64,000 nt of DNA, from positions 5,120,001 through 5,184,000 of the forward strand of contig CBDCXR010000004.1 in assembly GCA_965223845.1 (NCBI GenBank), given 5' to 3'. The translations under genes and the position numbers were made by a program. How positions within the stretch are numbered: the stretch's first letter is position 1; each line of letters opens with the position of its first letter. Positions 9,801 to 19,270 of this stretch are shown here, piece after piece. The notes beneath the pieces were generated by a model. The model searched no databases, had not been told where the DNA came from, and saw nothing but the letters and a program-made list of their open reading frames with translations. Source of the DNA: Planctomycetota bacterium (lineage in GTDB: Bacteria; Planctomycetota; UBA8108; SXIK01).

Positions 9801-12800
9801 ACGAGCGTGAAGCAGAGGTCGACCGCCAAGGGTCCGACGGGCGGAACCGGAACTCCGGCGGTCGCGGAGATGATCGGAAGGGCGGTCTGTAACGCGGCCC
9901 CCACCACAGGGCACGCGAGGGCCGTCCACGGATTCGAGAAGTTGAGTCCCGCGATCTTCGTCGGAATGCCGAGGCTCATGTTGATGACCTCGCAGCCATC
10001 GATCGTCGCCTTGCGGATGGCTTTGTCGAGATCGTGGAGGAACCCGAGACCGCCGATGTTGTAGAGCCGAAGCGCCGCGACCTGGCCACCGACACCGGCG
10101 ACGCCCACTCCGTTGTTGTGCTTCGAGCCGAGGATGCTCGCGATGCGGGTGCCGTGAAACGGACCGCCGAATCCAAAGGTCTCACCGAGACCGAACGGAT
10201 CCGCCACACCGCGCACGAAGTCGAACCCACCGAGAATCTCGATGTCGCCCGAGAGCTCGGGGCAAAAGTTCGTATCGATCACACCGACGGCGACGTGCTC
10301 CGTGGCGCGCTCTGCTACGGGAATGTCGAGATCGAGAAGCGACGTCATCAACCAGGCGGCACCGATCCCTTGGATACAGTCGCGCGCGTAGACGTCCCGA
10401 AACGCGTCGCCGGATGTCGGGATCGTTTCTCCCGACGCGTTGTCGGGTCCGTTGAACGGGTCGTTCGTGATCGGCCGATCGAACGATTCAAGGACTAGGT
10501 TCGGAGATACTTGCGATCCACGCAGCGTTTCGTCGGCGATGACCGCGAGGAGCGCGTGGAGTTTCGGGTCGGACACCGCGAGCTTGTCGTCGAGCCCGAG
10601 CAGCGTGAGCATGTCCTCGAGACCGGCCCCATCGACCGCGCCGGGATCGATTCGATAGAGAAGCGCTGCGCCGCCGGCGTCTTCGCTGCCGGGAAAGGAC
10701 CCGTCGTCGACGAGCGTCGCGTTCCAGCGGCTCTCGAAGCGCGCGCGGTCGACTTCGTCGCGCGGAGCGAAGATGACTTGGTCGAGGCCGAGGTGCATCT
10801 CGATGCCACTACCGGATAGAACACCGAGCGGACGCGGCGGCTCACCGGGTGCGCGACCGGGCACTTCGGGTACGGGCGGGGTCAACTCCGTGTCGACAGG
10901 CAGCAACCCCAGCGGTTCGCTGGCCCCGGTCACGCGTGCGATCGCGGCTGCCGTCGACTTGACCGACGGTTCGGATCGCGGATCGAACCAGTAGGCCACG
11001 AGACGGTCACCCGGCTCGACAGAGAGCTGCTGGTCTTCCGGGCCCGTCGACTCGAGCGTCAACACGAGGGATCCGGGATCGGGAGTGAACACCGAGCCTC
11101 GGTCGACGAGCTCGACGCGCTCGACGTCCTCGGTCAAGGTGCTCGCGACCCAAACCTCCTGCACAGCGTCGAGACCCGGACCGCCCGCATAGAGATAGAA
11201 ACACGGGTCTACAGCTCCGGCCGGATCGTAGCGATAGCGATCGAAGTGGAGCGTGGGCGGCGGCGCCGGCGGCGGTTGCGGCTGGGGCTCTGCCTTCGTG
11301 TAGTCGGCGCCTTCGATGATGTCCACCGCGAACGTCTCACCGAGCTCCTCGATCTGTTCCTCGGTCGCGAGACCGATCCCAAGGACGTCGATCGTGTCGT
11401 GAATCCAAAGCTCGGAGAAAAGCGAGTCGAGGAGCGCGTTGTGATGCGAGAGCACGCCCTGCGCGCGAACCACCTTCAGGGGCGCGCTCGTCGGTACCTC
11501 CGGTAGTCGTTCGAGCACGAAATCGATCTCACCGCGGTCTTGTCCGTCGGCCCCCGAGTCGTGATCGATGACGAGAAAGAGCGGCTTGTCATCTAGGCGC
11601 GCGATGAGAGTTTCACCTCGACCACGTCCCTGCGCGTCCGTCGCGATGAGGCAAGATTCTGCCGAGCAGTTTTCCAGAAGTGCCAGCGAGAGATTTGCCT
11701 CGTCTTCTCGCGGTCGCGCGAAGATTCGATAGTCACCGGGCTCGGCAACGCTCAGAAGGCAAACGAGGTCCGCCCCGGCCTGCTGCCCGGGCAGACAGGA
11801 GAGCCCGTCGAACTCGTTCGAGGCGCCGGCAAACGAGATTACGGAAGTCCCCTCGTCGAGCATGATCGGACTCGAGCAGGAACCATCTGCGCCGTCAGGC
11901 GCCATCGCGTGGGAAACCTCCAGCCACGTCTCTGGCCTGAACGGATTCGAACCAGGCGGGAGAACGGCGGCCAGGGGATCGTCCGTTCCCGTACAGACAC
12001 CGCTCCAACCCGTGTGGCGGAGGGCGACATCGAAGCCACCGGAATCGAGAGCGTCGAAGAGCTCGCGGGCGAAACGAATCTCGACGCTGAGACGACCATC
12101 GTTCCCGAGGTCGAGCCCGGCTTCGAGGCGGTCGGGGCCCGCACATTCCTCGCCGGCACACTCGATCCACTCGTCCCCTTCGAGACGCATCGCCCGAACG
12201 CCCCCGCGTGCGAGGTCGACTCGCGCACCGACGGGCTCGGGTGCCGGCAGCACGGGATCGTCGCCCGCACGAGCGCGCAGATAAACGTCGAGCGCGTGGG
12301 GTTCTTCGCCACCTGGAGGTCGGGGAAGGCCCTCCACGGCGACGAAGTGCTCGCCGTCTCGATGTCCGATTCGGATCCGCGCCTCCATCCGGCTTTCGAA
12401 ACTCGCGTAGCTCAAGAACCCAACTGGGGAGCCGGGGTACTCGACGACCGGATTGAGGATGCCATCGATCGTCGGCGTCGTGAGCAGCTCGGGAATCCAC
12501 GCCGAGGCGGGCAGCACTCCGAACGAACTCGGTTCACCGAGCACAGCTCCAACGGGCGTCGTCCCGTCGATTCCGCGAATGAGCTCTCGTCCTCCTCCGT
12601 GAGGCAGAACCGCCACGAGCCCGGCGGCGCCGCGAACTTCCCGCTGGTAGTCGGCGCGAATCTCCTCGGCGCTGCGCGCGTAGTTCCAGATGCGGACCTC
12701 GTCGAGCAGACCCTCAAAGGGATGCCCGATGGCGAACCAATCCCCGGCACTCTCTCTCGACGCATCGATCCACACCGCGTCGGCGAGCTCGCCGTTGACG

Positions 12801-13207
12801 AAGACGAAGGCCGGCGACGGTGAGTCGTCCGTGCTGCGCTCGACCGTGACCGCGAGGTGGCACCACGTGCCAGCGGGGACGACAACATCCGTCTCGACGG
12901 GCGCGTCGAAGCGGTAGGCCAGTGTTAACTTGTTCGGGTCACCAATCCGCGGCTCCTCGAACCAAATCCCCAACCCGCCGATCGCCGTCATCGGATAGCC
13001 GTTGTTGGTGTTGTCACGACGAATCCAGAGCTCGAGCGTCGTCGCATCGGGAGGCAGATAGCTCGGGTGCGCGTAGACGACGCCTTGACCCGATGTGTAG
13101 TGCGTACTTCGAATCGTCGTCGCCCGAGTGATTCCTTGGGCGTGAACTTGCGCGCAAACGGCGAGAGTGAAAGAGAAGGCGAGAGCGTGGAATACGGACG
13201 AGCGCAT
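6839..13207 (-). CDS. Giant secreted S8 subtilase: LamG - accessory domains - S8 - PPC-like - cohesin-like - HYR - dockerin-like
   Basis: Signal peptide ...AVCAQVHA; LamG (TLELWIR, WCHLAVT, FEGLLDEVRIWNYARS); triad VGVIDTN / FHGTRIAS / GGTSSAC, oxyanion SSGN; FEPND and DDVDVF PPC-like motifs; FRRGDANDDRSVNISD; RBS GAAGGGGG. Confidence 0.92.
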   Translation of the reverse strand: MRSSVFHALAFSFTLAVCAQVHAQGITRATTIRSTHYTSGQGVVYAHPSYLPPDATTLELWIRRDNTNNGYPMTAIGGLGIWFEEPRIGDPNKLTLAYRFDAPVETDVVVPAGTWCHLAVTVERSTDDSPSPAFVFVNGELADAVWIDASRESAGDWFAIGHPFEGLLDEVRIWNYARSAEEIRADYQREVRGAAGLVAVLPHGGGRELIRGIDGTTPVGAVLGEPSSFGVLPASAWIPELLTTPTIDGILNPVVEYPGSPVGFLSYASFESRMEARIRIGHRDGEHFVAVEGLPRPPGGEEPHALDVYLRARAGDDPVLPAPEPVGARVDLARGGVRAMRLEGDEWIECAGEECAGPDRLEAGLDLGNDGRLSVEIRFARELFDALDSGGFDVALRHTGWSGVCTGTDDPLAAVLPPGSNPFRPETWLEVSHAMAPDGADGSCSSPIMLDEGTSVISFAGASNEFDGLSCLPGQQAGADLVCLLSVAEPGDYRIFARPREDEANLSLALLENCSAESCLIATDAQGRGRGETLIARLDDKPLFLVIDHDSGADGQDRGEIDFVLERLPEVPTSAPLKVVRAQGVLSHHNALLDSLFSELWIHDTIDVLGIGLATEEQIEELGETFAVDIIEGADYTKAEPQPQPPPAPPPTLHFDRYRYDPAGAVDPCFYLYAGGPGLDAVQEVWVASTLTEDVERVELVDRGSVFTPDPGSLVLTLESTGPEDQQLSVEPGDRLVAYWFDPRSEPSVKSTAAAIARVTGASEPLGLLPVDTELTPPVPEVPGRAPGEPPRPLGVLSGSGIEMHLGLDQVIFAPRDEVDRARFESRWNATLVDDGSFPGSEDAGGAALLYRIDPGAVDGAGLEDMLTLLGLDDKLAVSDPKLHALLAVIADETLRGSQVSPNLVLESFDRPITNDPFNGPDNASGETIPTSGDAFRDVYARDCIQGIGAAWLMTSLLDLDIPVAERATEHVAVGVIDTNFCPELSGDIEILGGFDFVRGVADPFGLGETFGFGGPFHGTRIASILGSKHNNGVGVAGVGGQVAALRLYNIGGLGFLHDLDKAIRKATIDGCEVINMSLGIPTKIAGLNFSNPWTALACPVVGAALQTALPIISATAGVPVPPVGPLAVDLCFTLVAILSEARDSMEDALEFAVRRGVVCLASSGNATEPFGEATIERFHLIPAILPNCIAVGATDASYDNLHLFGSSVDIWVIDSARVAAPQGDGPSCGPFTEKFVGGTSSACAIASGVVALMRAANPSLSHRQIRDILRSTALRSPPPRSDPRVRRFLRADLALVRALSPRTSPSVLSPVLARDEYRDPESDFAASFCIPEAQRRETNDTPGTAIEFPVSDFQVFEERDLGLHDYTASGLNEEDHFVIAAAPSARECMPYEVQVTTESHAGSGLARSRFGVRSRDTSESTRGVSGFSTWRSVPIFLRDPLPFEVAGDDTVYHLSGTIRALGQRASDGFEPNDRNSEAAELSAAQFTRTEGNEFIVNELVVRRLNFHCPDDVDVFSITLPTEVEDCLDLASTCGLGNVVAASNLLITSGAVPSTLRDASGRVLATNTTHRIPCPRGLGLDRFTLTLPCDGRHADIYDLRVVYTVPVNVDDVRRTSQAIDDWICCYVQQLPGCGGDPADPPSNATDQIISEIWNPHGRIEHEFFFDGHCPLATCNPGPQLLHAMRWPEGAPATAGFEVVTPSSLTGFRLDLLDDTHTVVATAVPGRRAAGFKRKVAGGTPDDECDGSEVVWRLETDAMTPGIWVLRASGVRPGDRYVLRNLDPLPPVSTTNGSRLDFAAETGVQPCFESPMHLLLRADEPVSAFQLGLEWDRPELIESIEFSPGPDLDPDSVQSLFVLDGTSAQLDDHQAIVGLVLNAGVTFDATEAVRALTIRVRPSSMATPGDRVRFCPVGGLGSPPIDLTVTVQRDGNSIGIEPEFSCGDLVVLADGTPPEISCPGEIVVDELPRGELTPVEFEVTAIDDCGDVEMDSSHESGAGFPVGETVVRVTARDTAGNSSACEFVVRVEPAGVEFRRGDANDDRSVNISDAVQILNYLFADGLPPPCPDAADSNDDHSVNISDAVQILNYLFADGSAPPAPGPDDCGRDPAPSGLAECVTQACP

Positions 13208-13585
13208 GAATCACCCCCCTTCGAATGACGGGATCGCCCGGGTCCTCCGAGCGGCCCGGGTTCGAGTCCTCATCTGCGGGTGAAGCGCTTCGCGGGACAG
13301 CCCGGTGCGGCAAGCGTCGTCGGAAATCCCGCCTCTTCACGCTCGTGAAGGATCTCCTAGACGAAAACACGAACCGTCGGCACGTGCGGCTGATCGCATG
13401 CGTGGCGGCGAGGGAAATCGACGACGCGACCGGAGGATGCGAGTCGATCGAGTGACGATTCTTCCCGACCTCGAGGTGGAGGTAGGCGTGGCCGCTCGAA
13501 CCACGATCGAGGAGCGGATCTGGCGGCGATTACGCTCGAGTGTACGATCCGCTGCGAGTGAACGCGTCGCTCGCGTCTTCGATCG

Positions 13586-16500
13586 CTACCACCGAGTCGC
13601 CCGCAGAAACGCGAGGAGATCCGCGAGCTCCGCAGGCGTGAGCTGGTCCGCGAGCCCGCTGGGCATCAGCGACACCGCGCTCGGCGCGATTTCCGCGACC
13701 TCGCCTGCGGGGATCCGAACTTCCGTGTCCGCGCCGGTGATGAGATGGAGCTCGCGCGCCGACTCCGAGCGGACGATGCCGGTGAAGGTCTCGCCGCCCG
13801 TCGTCAGCGCGTCGATCGACTCGTAGCTTCGCGCGATGCTCGCGCTCGGAAAAACGAGGGACTCGAGAAGATCTCGCTCCGACCGGATCGTTCCGATGCG
13901 CGTCAGGTCGGGACCGATCTTTCCGCCGAGATAACCGATCGCGTGGCACGCGGCGCAGGCCGTCTTCTCGCTGCGGAACACGGCCTGGCCGCGCCGGACG
14001 TCGCCGTCTGGAAGGGCACTCAGCAACTCATCGAGACGCGTTCGCCGCGCATCGGCATCGACGTCGAGAGTCGCGAGGAAACGAGCTCCGGCGGCCCGCA
14101 CGGTGGCGGGTCGTCCTTCGAGCCACTTCGAAAACGACTCACGGCGGAGCGCGGTCTTCGCCGGAGCGCGCGAGAGTGAGGTGACGACGCTCGCACCGAG
14201 CTCTTCGTTGTCGACGTGGCCGACGGCTTCGACCACGGACGTGATCTCGAGCGGGCCCACGGTCTCGAGCGCCGCGATCGCCCGACGTGTCTGCGGTGCC
14301 GTGAGCTCGGCCGTCGCGAGCGCATCGGTCGCCGACGATCGCTCGTCGCGCGCGGACGCCCCGAGTCCTTCCAGTGCGAGCGAGAAAAAACGACCGTCGA
14401 GTGCTTCGACGCTCGCCGCCGCGAGTGACCGGAGGCGCGCGCCCTTCGGTCGATCGTTGTCCGACGCGATGGCGAGCAGCCCGCCGCGAAGGGACGGGTC
14501 GGCCTTCGCGGCGTTCGGAAGTCGCCGGGCCGCAGCGACCGCCTCGGCCTCGAGCGCCGGTTCGCGCTTCAGGACTTGCCCGAGCGCCCTCGCCCACACC
14601 GCCGGCGCGTCCTTGAATCCAGATGAAGCGAACAACGCGAGGAGCGACCGCCGCCACTCGACCCGGATCTCGCTTTCGACGAGCTTCGCGAGGGTGCTTT
14701 GGATGTCCGTAGACGCGAGAAGCCCAGCGGCGACTCGACGCAGCGCCGCGAATGACTCGTCCGTCGCATCGGGCGCGAGGAGCGCGCGCTCGATCGCTTT
14801 CGCCACGTCTCCGCCCCACTCGGGCCGCCGGCCGACGATCCACTCCGCGGTTTCTCGCACCGTCTTGTCGTTCGCGTCGAGCAACTCGCAAACGACGCGG
14901 GGATCCCATCCCCCACTTCGCATTTGATCGACGGCGATCAGAGTTGCGACGCGCGCGCCCGCGGATTCGCTCGCGAGCCCTCGGCGCGTCGCCGTCGCGT
15001 CATCGATCTCGATGAGCGCAAAAGCGAGCGAGTGGGCGAGGATCCGATCCGTCGTCCGCCCCGCTGCGCGAAGCAGCGGAGCGACAGCCGCCGAATCTCC
15101 AATGCGTCCGAGAGCTTCTGCTGCGCTCCGGCTGACGGCTGGCGCGTCGGCAAGGAGGCGAACGAGCGACGGTGAGGCTTCGCCGTCGCGGACGAGCCCA
15201 CTCACGTGCGCGGCGACTTGCCGGACGGATGCCTCCTCGTCAGCGAGAGCTCGGCGTACCGCGCCGCGGGCCGCTTCGCCCTCGATCCGCGCGAGAGTCC
15301 AGACGGCGTTCCGCTTCGCCTCTGCACTCGACGGCCGCGAGAGTACCCGACCGAGCGCCGGAACAGCTTCGCTCCCTCGGCGCCCTAGCGTCTCGATCGC
15401 GCGGGATCTCACGCGCGGCCGCACGTCTTCGAGTCGCTCGACGAGCGCGTCGTTCGTCGCCCGGTCCCAGTCGATCGTGAGCCCGCGCGCATCGTCGACC
15501 ACCGCCGCGCCTTTTCGTCGAAGGCGATAGATGGCGCCGAGGACGTCGGGCTTGAAGAGCTGCGACGTCGGGCAGCAGATCTTGTACCAGCCGCCCGTAT
15601 CGACGACGAGAAGGCTCCCGTCTGCATCCTCGATCACGTCGGTGGGATGGAAATCAACATCCGTCGACGAGATCAAATCTGAATCTCGCGACGTGAACGA
15701 CGCTCCGTTTGGCGCGAGCTCGTGGCGCGTCACCTTGTGGAGGTTGAAGAGACACGTAAACAGGTTTCCGCGGTAGTCTTCGCCGAGCCCCGTCGACTCG
15801 TAGAACGCGAGCCCGCACGGAGCAGCGGGACCGAGGTGCGACAGCACCGGCATCACGTCTCCCGTCCGCGGGTGTTCGTCGATGACGCCGTGACGCTTTC
15901 CGTAGACTCCGCCGTAAATCGCGTGGACGAGCCCGTCGCGCTTTCCCCCGCCCGGATGCTGAAAGAAGGTCGTCGAGAAGATGCGCTCGCCCGCCGGAGT
16001 GAAGACGACCTCGACGGGATTGTCCATTCCGCCCGTCATCACCGGCTCGATCTCGCCGCCTTCGGGCCGCCGGCGAAAGATGTGCGCCGCACGCGTTACG
16101 AACGGCGCTCCGTTCGCGCGCGCGTACTCCTGCTTCGCGAACGCGCCCTTACACCAATAGATCCACCCGTCGCGGCCGAGATACGGTCCGTGAAGATCGT
16201 TCGCGCAGCCGGTGAGCGTCTGCGAGAGCCACTCCTCGCGCCGATCGGAAACGCCATCGCCGTCCGTGTCGGTCAGCTTCCAGATGCTCGGTGGAGCGGC
16301 GACGTAGAGGGATCCGTCGTGCCAGAGCGTCCCCTCGGGAAACATCATCCGATCGGCGAAGACGTGGCTCGCATCGAAGACGCCGTCGCCATCGCGATCC
16401 TCGATGCGAAGAATGCGGTGCGGCCGATCTTCGAGCTGTTTCACGACCTTGTCGTTCACGCCGGCCGAGTCGGCGACGTAGAGGCGACCCTCTTCGTCGA

Positions 16501-16672
16501 AGTCGACACAGATCGGACGGAGGACGAGAGGCGGCGGCGCGACGAGCGTCAGCTCGAAACCATCGGGAATCCGAAACGATCGGCTCCCGACGCGCACGGT
16601 GTCGGCTGAAAGAGGCACATGGAGGAGGGCGAACAACGAGGCAGCGAGCAACGAGCAGCGTCCGAACAACAT
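13586..16672 (-). CDS. PVC-type membrane-bound dehydrogenase-like beta-propeller + HEAT repeats + CxxCH heme domain
   Basis: FRIPDGFELTLVA, FDEEGRLYV, EDRDGDGVFD, DGSLLVVDTGGWY; GDVRRGQAVF..CAACH..IGPDLTRIG..SLMPSGL..LADLLAFL (TIGR02604/TIGR02603-like). Confidence 0.92.
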   Translation of the reverse strand: MLFGRCSLLAASLFALLHVPLSADTVRVGSRSFRIPDGFELTLVAPPPLVLRPICVDFDEEGRLYVADSAGVNDKVVKQLEDRPHRILRIEDRDGDGVFDASHVFADRMMFPEGTLWHDGSLYVAAPPSIWKLTDTDGDGVSDRREEWLSQTLTGCANDLHGPYLGRDGWIYWCKGAFAKQEYARANGAPFVTRAAHIFRRRPEGGEIEPVMTGGMDNPVEVVFTPAGERIFSTTFFQHPGGGKRDGLVHAIYGGVYGKRHGVIDEHPRTGDVMPVLSHLGPAAPCGLAFYESTGLGEDYRGNLFTCLFNLHKVTRHELAPNGASFTSRDSDLISSTDVDFHPTDVIEDADGSLLVVDTGGWYKICCPTSQLFKPDVLGAIYRLRRKGAAVVDDARGLTIDWDRATNDALVERLEDVRPRVRSRAIETLGRRGSEAVPALGRVLSRPSSAEAKRNAVWTLARIEGEAARGAVRRALADEEASVRQVAAHVSGLVRDGEASPSLVRLLADAPAVSRSAAEALGRIGDSAAVAPLLRAAGRTTDRILAHSLAFALIEIDDATATRRGLASESAGARVATLIAVDQMRSGGWDPRVVCELLDANDKTVRETAEWIVGRRPEWGGDVAKAIERALLAPDATDESFAALRRVAAGLLASTDIQSTLAKLVESEIRVEWRRSLLALFASSGFKDAPAVWARALGQVLKREPALEAEAVAAARRLPNAAKADPSLRGGLLAIASDNDRPKGARLRSLAAASVEALDGRFFSLALEGLGASARDERSSATDALATAELTAPQTRRAIAALETVGPLEITSVVEAVGHVDNEELGASVVTSLSRAPAKTALRRESFSKWLEGRPATVRAAGARFLATLDVDADARRTRLDELLSALPDGDVRRGQAVFRSEKTACAACHAIGYLGGKIGPDLTRIGTIRSERDLLESLVFPSASIARSYESIDALTTGGETFTGIVRSESARELHLITGADTEVRIPAGEVAEIAPSAVSLMPSGLADQLTPAELADLLAFLRATRW

Positions 16673-16779
16673 GCAATCCTCTCGCTCCGGTCCCGTCTCC
16701 CCACTACTTCAGCTTATTCGTCTTCCTTCGCGACCCTCGTGCGAATTCCCCTTCACAGTCGTCACGAGCGTCCGAGACT

Positions 16780-19227
16780 TCAAAACTCGCGCAGACGAGA
16801 CGACGCCTTCACCGCAGCCTCGATCTTCTTGAGCGACTCTTCCGCCGCCGATCGAAGTCGCCAGTGCGTCTTGTCGTTTTGGACGATCTTCCGGAGCACC
16901 TCGACTGCAGGAACGGATTCGGCGCCGAGCTCGCCGAGCCGCCGAGCCGCGAGTCCCTTGACGAACGGGTGCTCGTGATCGAGCGCTTTCACGAGAAGCG
17001 GAACGGAGCGAGGGCCGATCTTCCGTAGCGCCTCGAATGCCGCTCGACGCTCGTAGCGACTCTCGAGGAGATCGAAGAGGATCGGGACGGCGATCTGAGC
17101 GTCGTCGCCGAGATCCCCAAGCGCCTCGATGGACGCGTTGCGAACGCCTGGGCTGTCGTCACGGAGGCATTCCGTCAGGATCTCCGCGACCGCTTTTGGG
17201 TCGGGGTGGATCGCGGCGATCGCCTTCGCTGCGGCTGCACGCACCTCGGCGTCCTTGGCGCGCAGAGCTTCGCGGGCCTGCTCGCTCGCGTTCGCGCCTG
17301 CAGCGCCGATCTTCGTCAGCGCGGAGAGCGACGCGAGGCGCATCTCCGATGAATCCCCGCTCGCGGCAACGCGGCCGAGCGCCGGTGAAGCGTCCCCCGC
17401 GCCGGGCCCGATCGCGCCGATCGCATCGACGGCGGCTAGTCGAAGCTCGGCGGCCGCGACTCCGCTCGGATTCTCTTCGACGATTCGAACGAGCGACGGG
17501 ACGGCCTCGGCGGCACTCGACCCGATCGCTCGAATCGTTCCCACCGCCTCGACGCGCAACTCGTCCGACTCTTCGCTGAGAAGCGCGGCGATTCCCTTCG
17601 TAGCATGGCCGGCGGCTGAACCGACGCGGCGCGCCGCTCGGAGAGCCGCGAGACGGACCTCTCGTTCGCTCGATCCGAGCGCCTCGGCGATCGCCCGCGT
17701 GATCTCGCGCGGATCTCCACCGTGCGCCGCGAGGGCTTCGAGAGCGGCAGCGCGAACGAACGCATCGGGATCTCGCGCACAGGAGGAGAGCGCGTCGCGA
17801 AACGCGCTCGCGGTCTCTTGATCGACGGAAGCGGCCGCACGCGCAGCACTCGCACGCACTCGCGCATCCGAGTCCGCGAGCGCCTCGGTGAACGCCTGCT
17901 CGACCGGCGCACCGCTTTCCGCGAGCACGCCGAGCGTGCTCACCGCCCCCGCGCGCACCGCCGGCGAAGCGTGCCCGATCGCCGCGAACACCTCGTTCTG
18001 AGCGCGAAGCGCCGCTCGGGCGAGACTCGCCTCGAGTGCTTCGCGCGCCGGCCCGCGAAGCGCATCGTCCTCGAGCGCACCGAGAATGCTCGGAACGGCA
18101 TCTTCGCTCCGAGCGAGCGCCCCGGCGAGATCGCGCCGAACCACGTCGTCGCGCGCTCCCCGAATGGCCGTCACGAGGGTCGCACTCGAAAGACCGCTTC
18201 GCGCACCGATTCGAGCGATGACCGACGCGACCGACCGCGCCGCTGCGGTGTCGTCGCTCTCGAGCACGGGAATCAAATCGGGAAGCACTCGTTCGCGGAG
18301 CGCGGAAACCTTGATCACCGCGATCTCCGCGGCCGAGCGAACGCCGGCATCGGCGTCAGCAAGGGCCGGGCCGACGAGCGACGCGTAATCGTCCACCGGC
18401 GCGTCGGTCTTGCGAAGCGACCCGAGCGCGGCCGCCCGGAGCGACGGCGTCGTCGAACGCGCGAACGCGAGCAGCTCGGCGGCCGCTCCACGCGCGTCCG
18501 GCCCGAGCTCGCCGAGCGCGGCGATGAGTCCGAGCGTTCGGTGCTCGCTCGATGCGGACGCGTCTCCGTTGGCACGCTCACGCGCACTCGAGAGTTGCGC
18601 GACAAGCGGCGGGACGGCGTTCGCCCCGAAGCTCACGAGCGCCTCACCGGCTCTCCGGCGGACTTCGACACTCTCGTCGCCGAGACAGTAGACGAGCTCG
18701 GGGAGTGCGTCGATTCCGGCTTCACCGACCCACGAAAACGCGAGCGCCGCGCCGGCTCGAGTGCTCGCGCTCTCAGAAGCGAGCCGCTCCGTGAGCTCGG
18801 CCACCGATGCCGAACCGATCCGGCCGAGTGCGTAGGCCGCGCGGTACACCCTCTGCCCCCCGCGACGCGAGCCCGCGCCGAGCTGCTCCGAGAGCGCCGC
18901 GACGGCGTTCTTCGCTCGGGGTCCGAACCGGGCGAGCGCAGTGATCGACTGAAACCAAACCTGCTGGTCGGAGTCGCCGAGAGCGCGCGCGAGGGCATCG
19001 ACGGTCTCGTCGATACGCTCCGCTCCCAGACGCTCTACTTCCGCGGCATCCAACTGCGCGATCTGGTACGCCGCCTCGCGCCGCGTCCCGAGATCGGGAT
19101 GAGAAAGCTCGCGCGTCCAGCGATCGAGCGGCGAATCCTTCTCGGCGTCCTCGGGACTCGCCGCGGCGACGCCGGCTCGGGCGACGACGGCGAACGCAAC
19201 CAGGCAGAAGAGTCGTCGGCTTTTCAT
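16780..19227 (-). CDS. Exported HEAT-repeat protein
   Basis: Signal peptide MKSRRLFCLVAFAVVARAGVAAA; many LxDxxxxVRxxAAxALGxIG units. Confidence 0.88.
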   Translation of the reverse strand: MKSRRLFCLVAFAVVARAGVAAASPEDAEKDSPLDRWTRELSHPDLGTRREAAYQIAQLDAAEVERLGAERIDETVDALARALGDSDQQVWFQSITALARFGPRAKNAVAALSEQLGAGSRRGGQRVYRAAYALGRIGSASVAELTERLASESASTRAGAALAFSWVGEAGIDALPELVYCLGDESVEVRRRAGEALVSFGANAVPPLVAQLSSARERANGDASASSEHRTLGLIAALGELGPDARGAAAELLAFARSTTPSLRAAALGSLRKTDAPVDDYASLVGPALADADAGVRSAAEIAVIKVSALRERVLPDLIPVLESDDTAAARSVASVIARIGARSGLSSATLVTAIRGARDDVVRRDLAGALARSEDAVPSILGALEDDALRGPAREALEASLARAALRAQNEVFAAIGHASPAVRAGAVSTLGVLAESGAPVEQAFTEALADSDARVRASAARAAASVDQETASAFRDALSSCARDPDAFVRAAALEALAAHGGDPREITRAIAEALGSSEREVRLAALRAARRVGSAAGHATKGIAALLSEESDELRVEAVGTIRAIGSSAAEAVPSLVRIVEENPSGVAAAELRLAAVDAIGAIGPGAGDASPALGRVAASGDSSEMRLASLSALTKIGAAGANASEQAREALRAKDAEVRAAAAKAIAAIHPDPKAVAEILTECLRDDSPGVRNASIEALGDLGDDAQIAVPILFDLLESRYERRAAFEALRKIGPRSVPLLVKALDHEHPFVKGLAARRLGELGAESVPAVEVLRKIVQNDKTHWRLRSAAEESLKKIEAAVKASSRLREF

Positions 19228-19270
19228 CGATAGAACTCTGTCTCTCCGCCGACGCGGGCTGCGGAGTCTC

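Noticed and set aside
13245-13275. GGTTCGAGTCC, tRNA T-loop-like
   Set aside because: No full T-stem, acceptor or anticodon arm; part of a CCCGGG palindromic leader.
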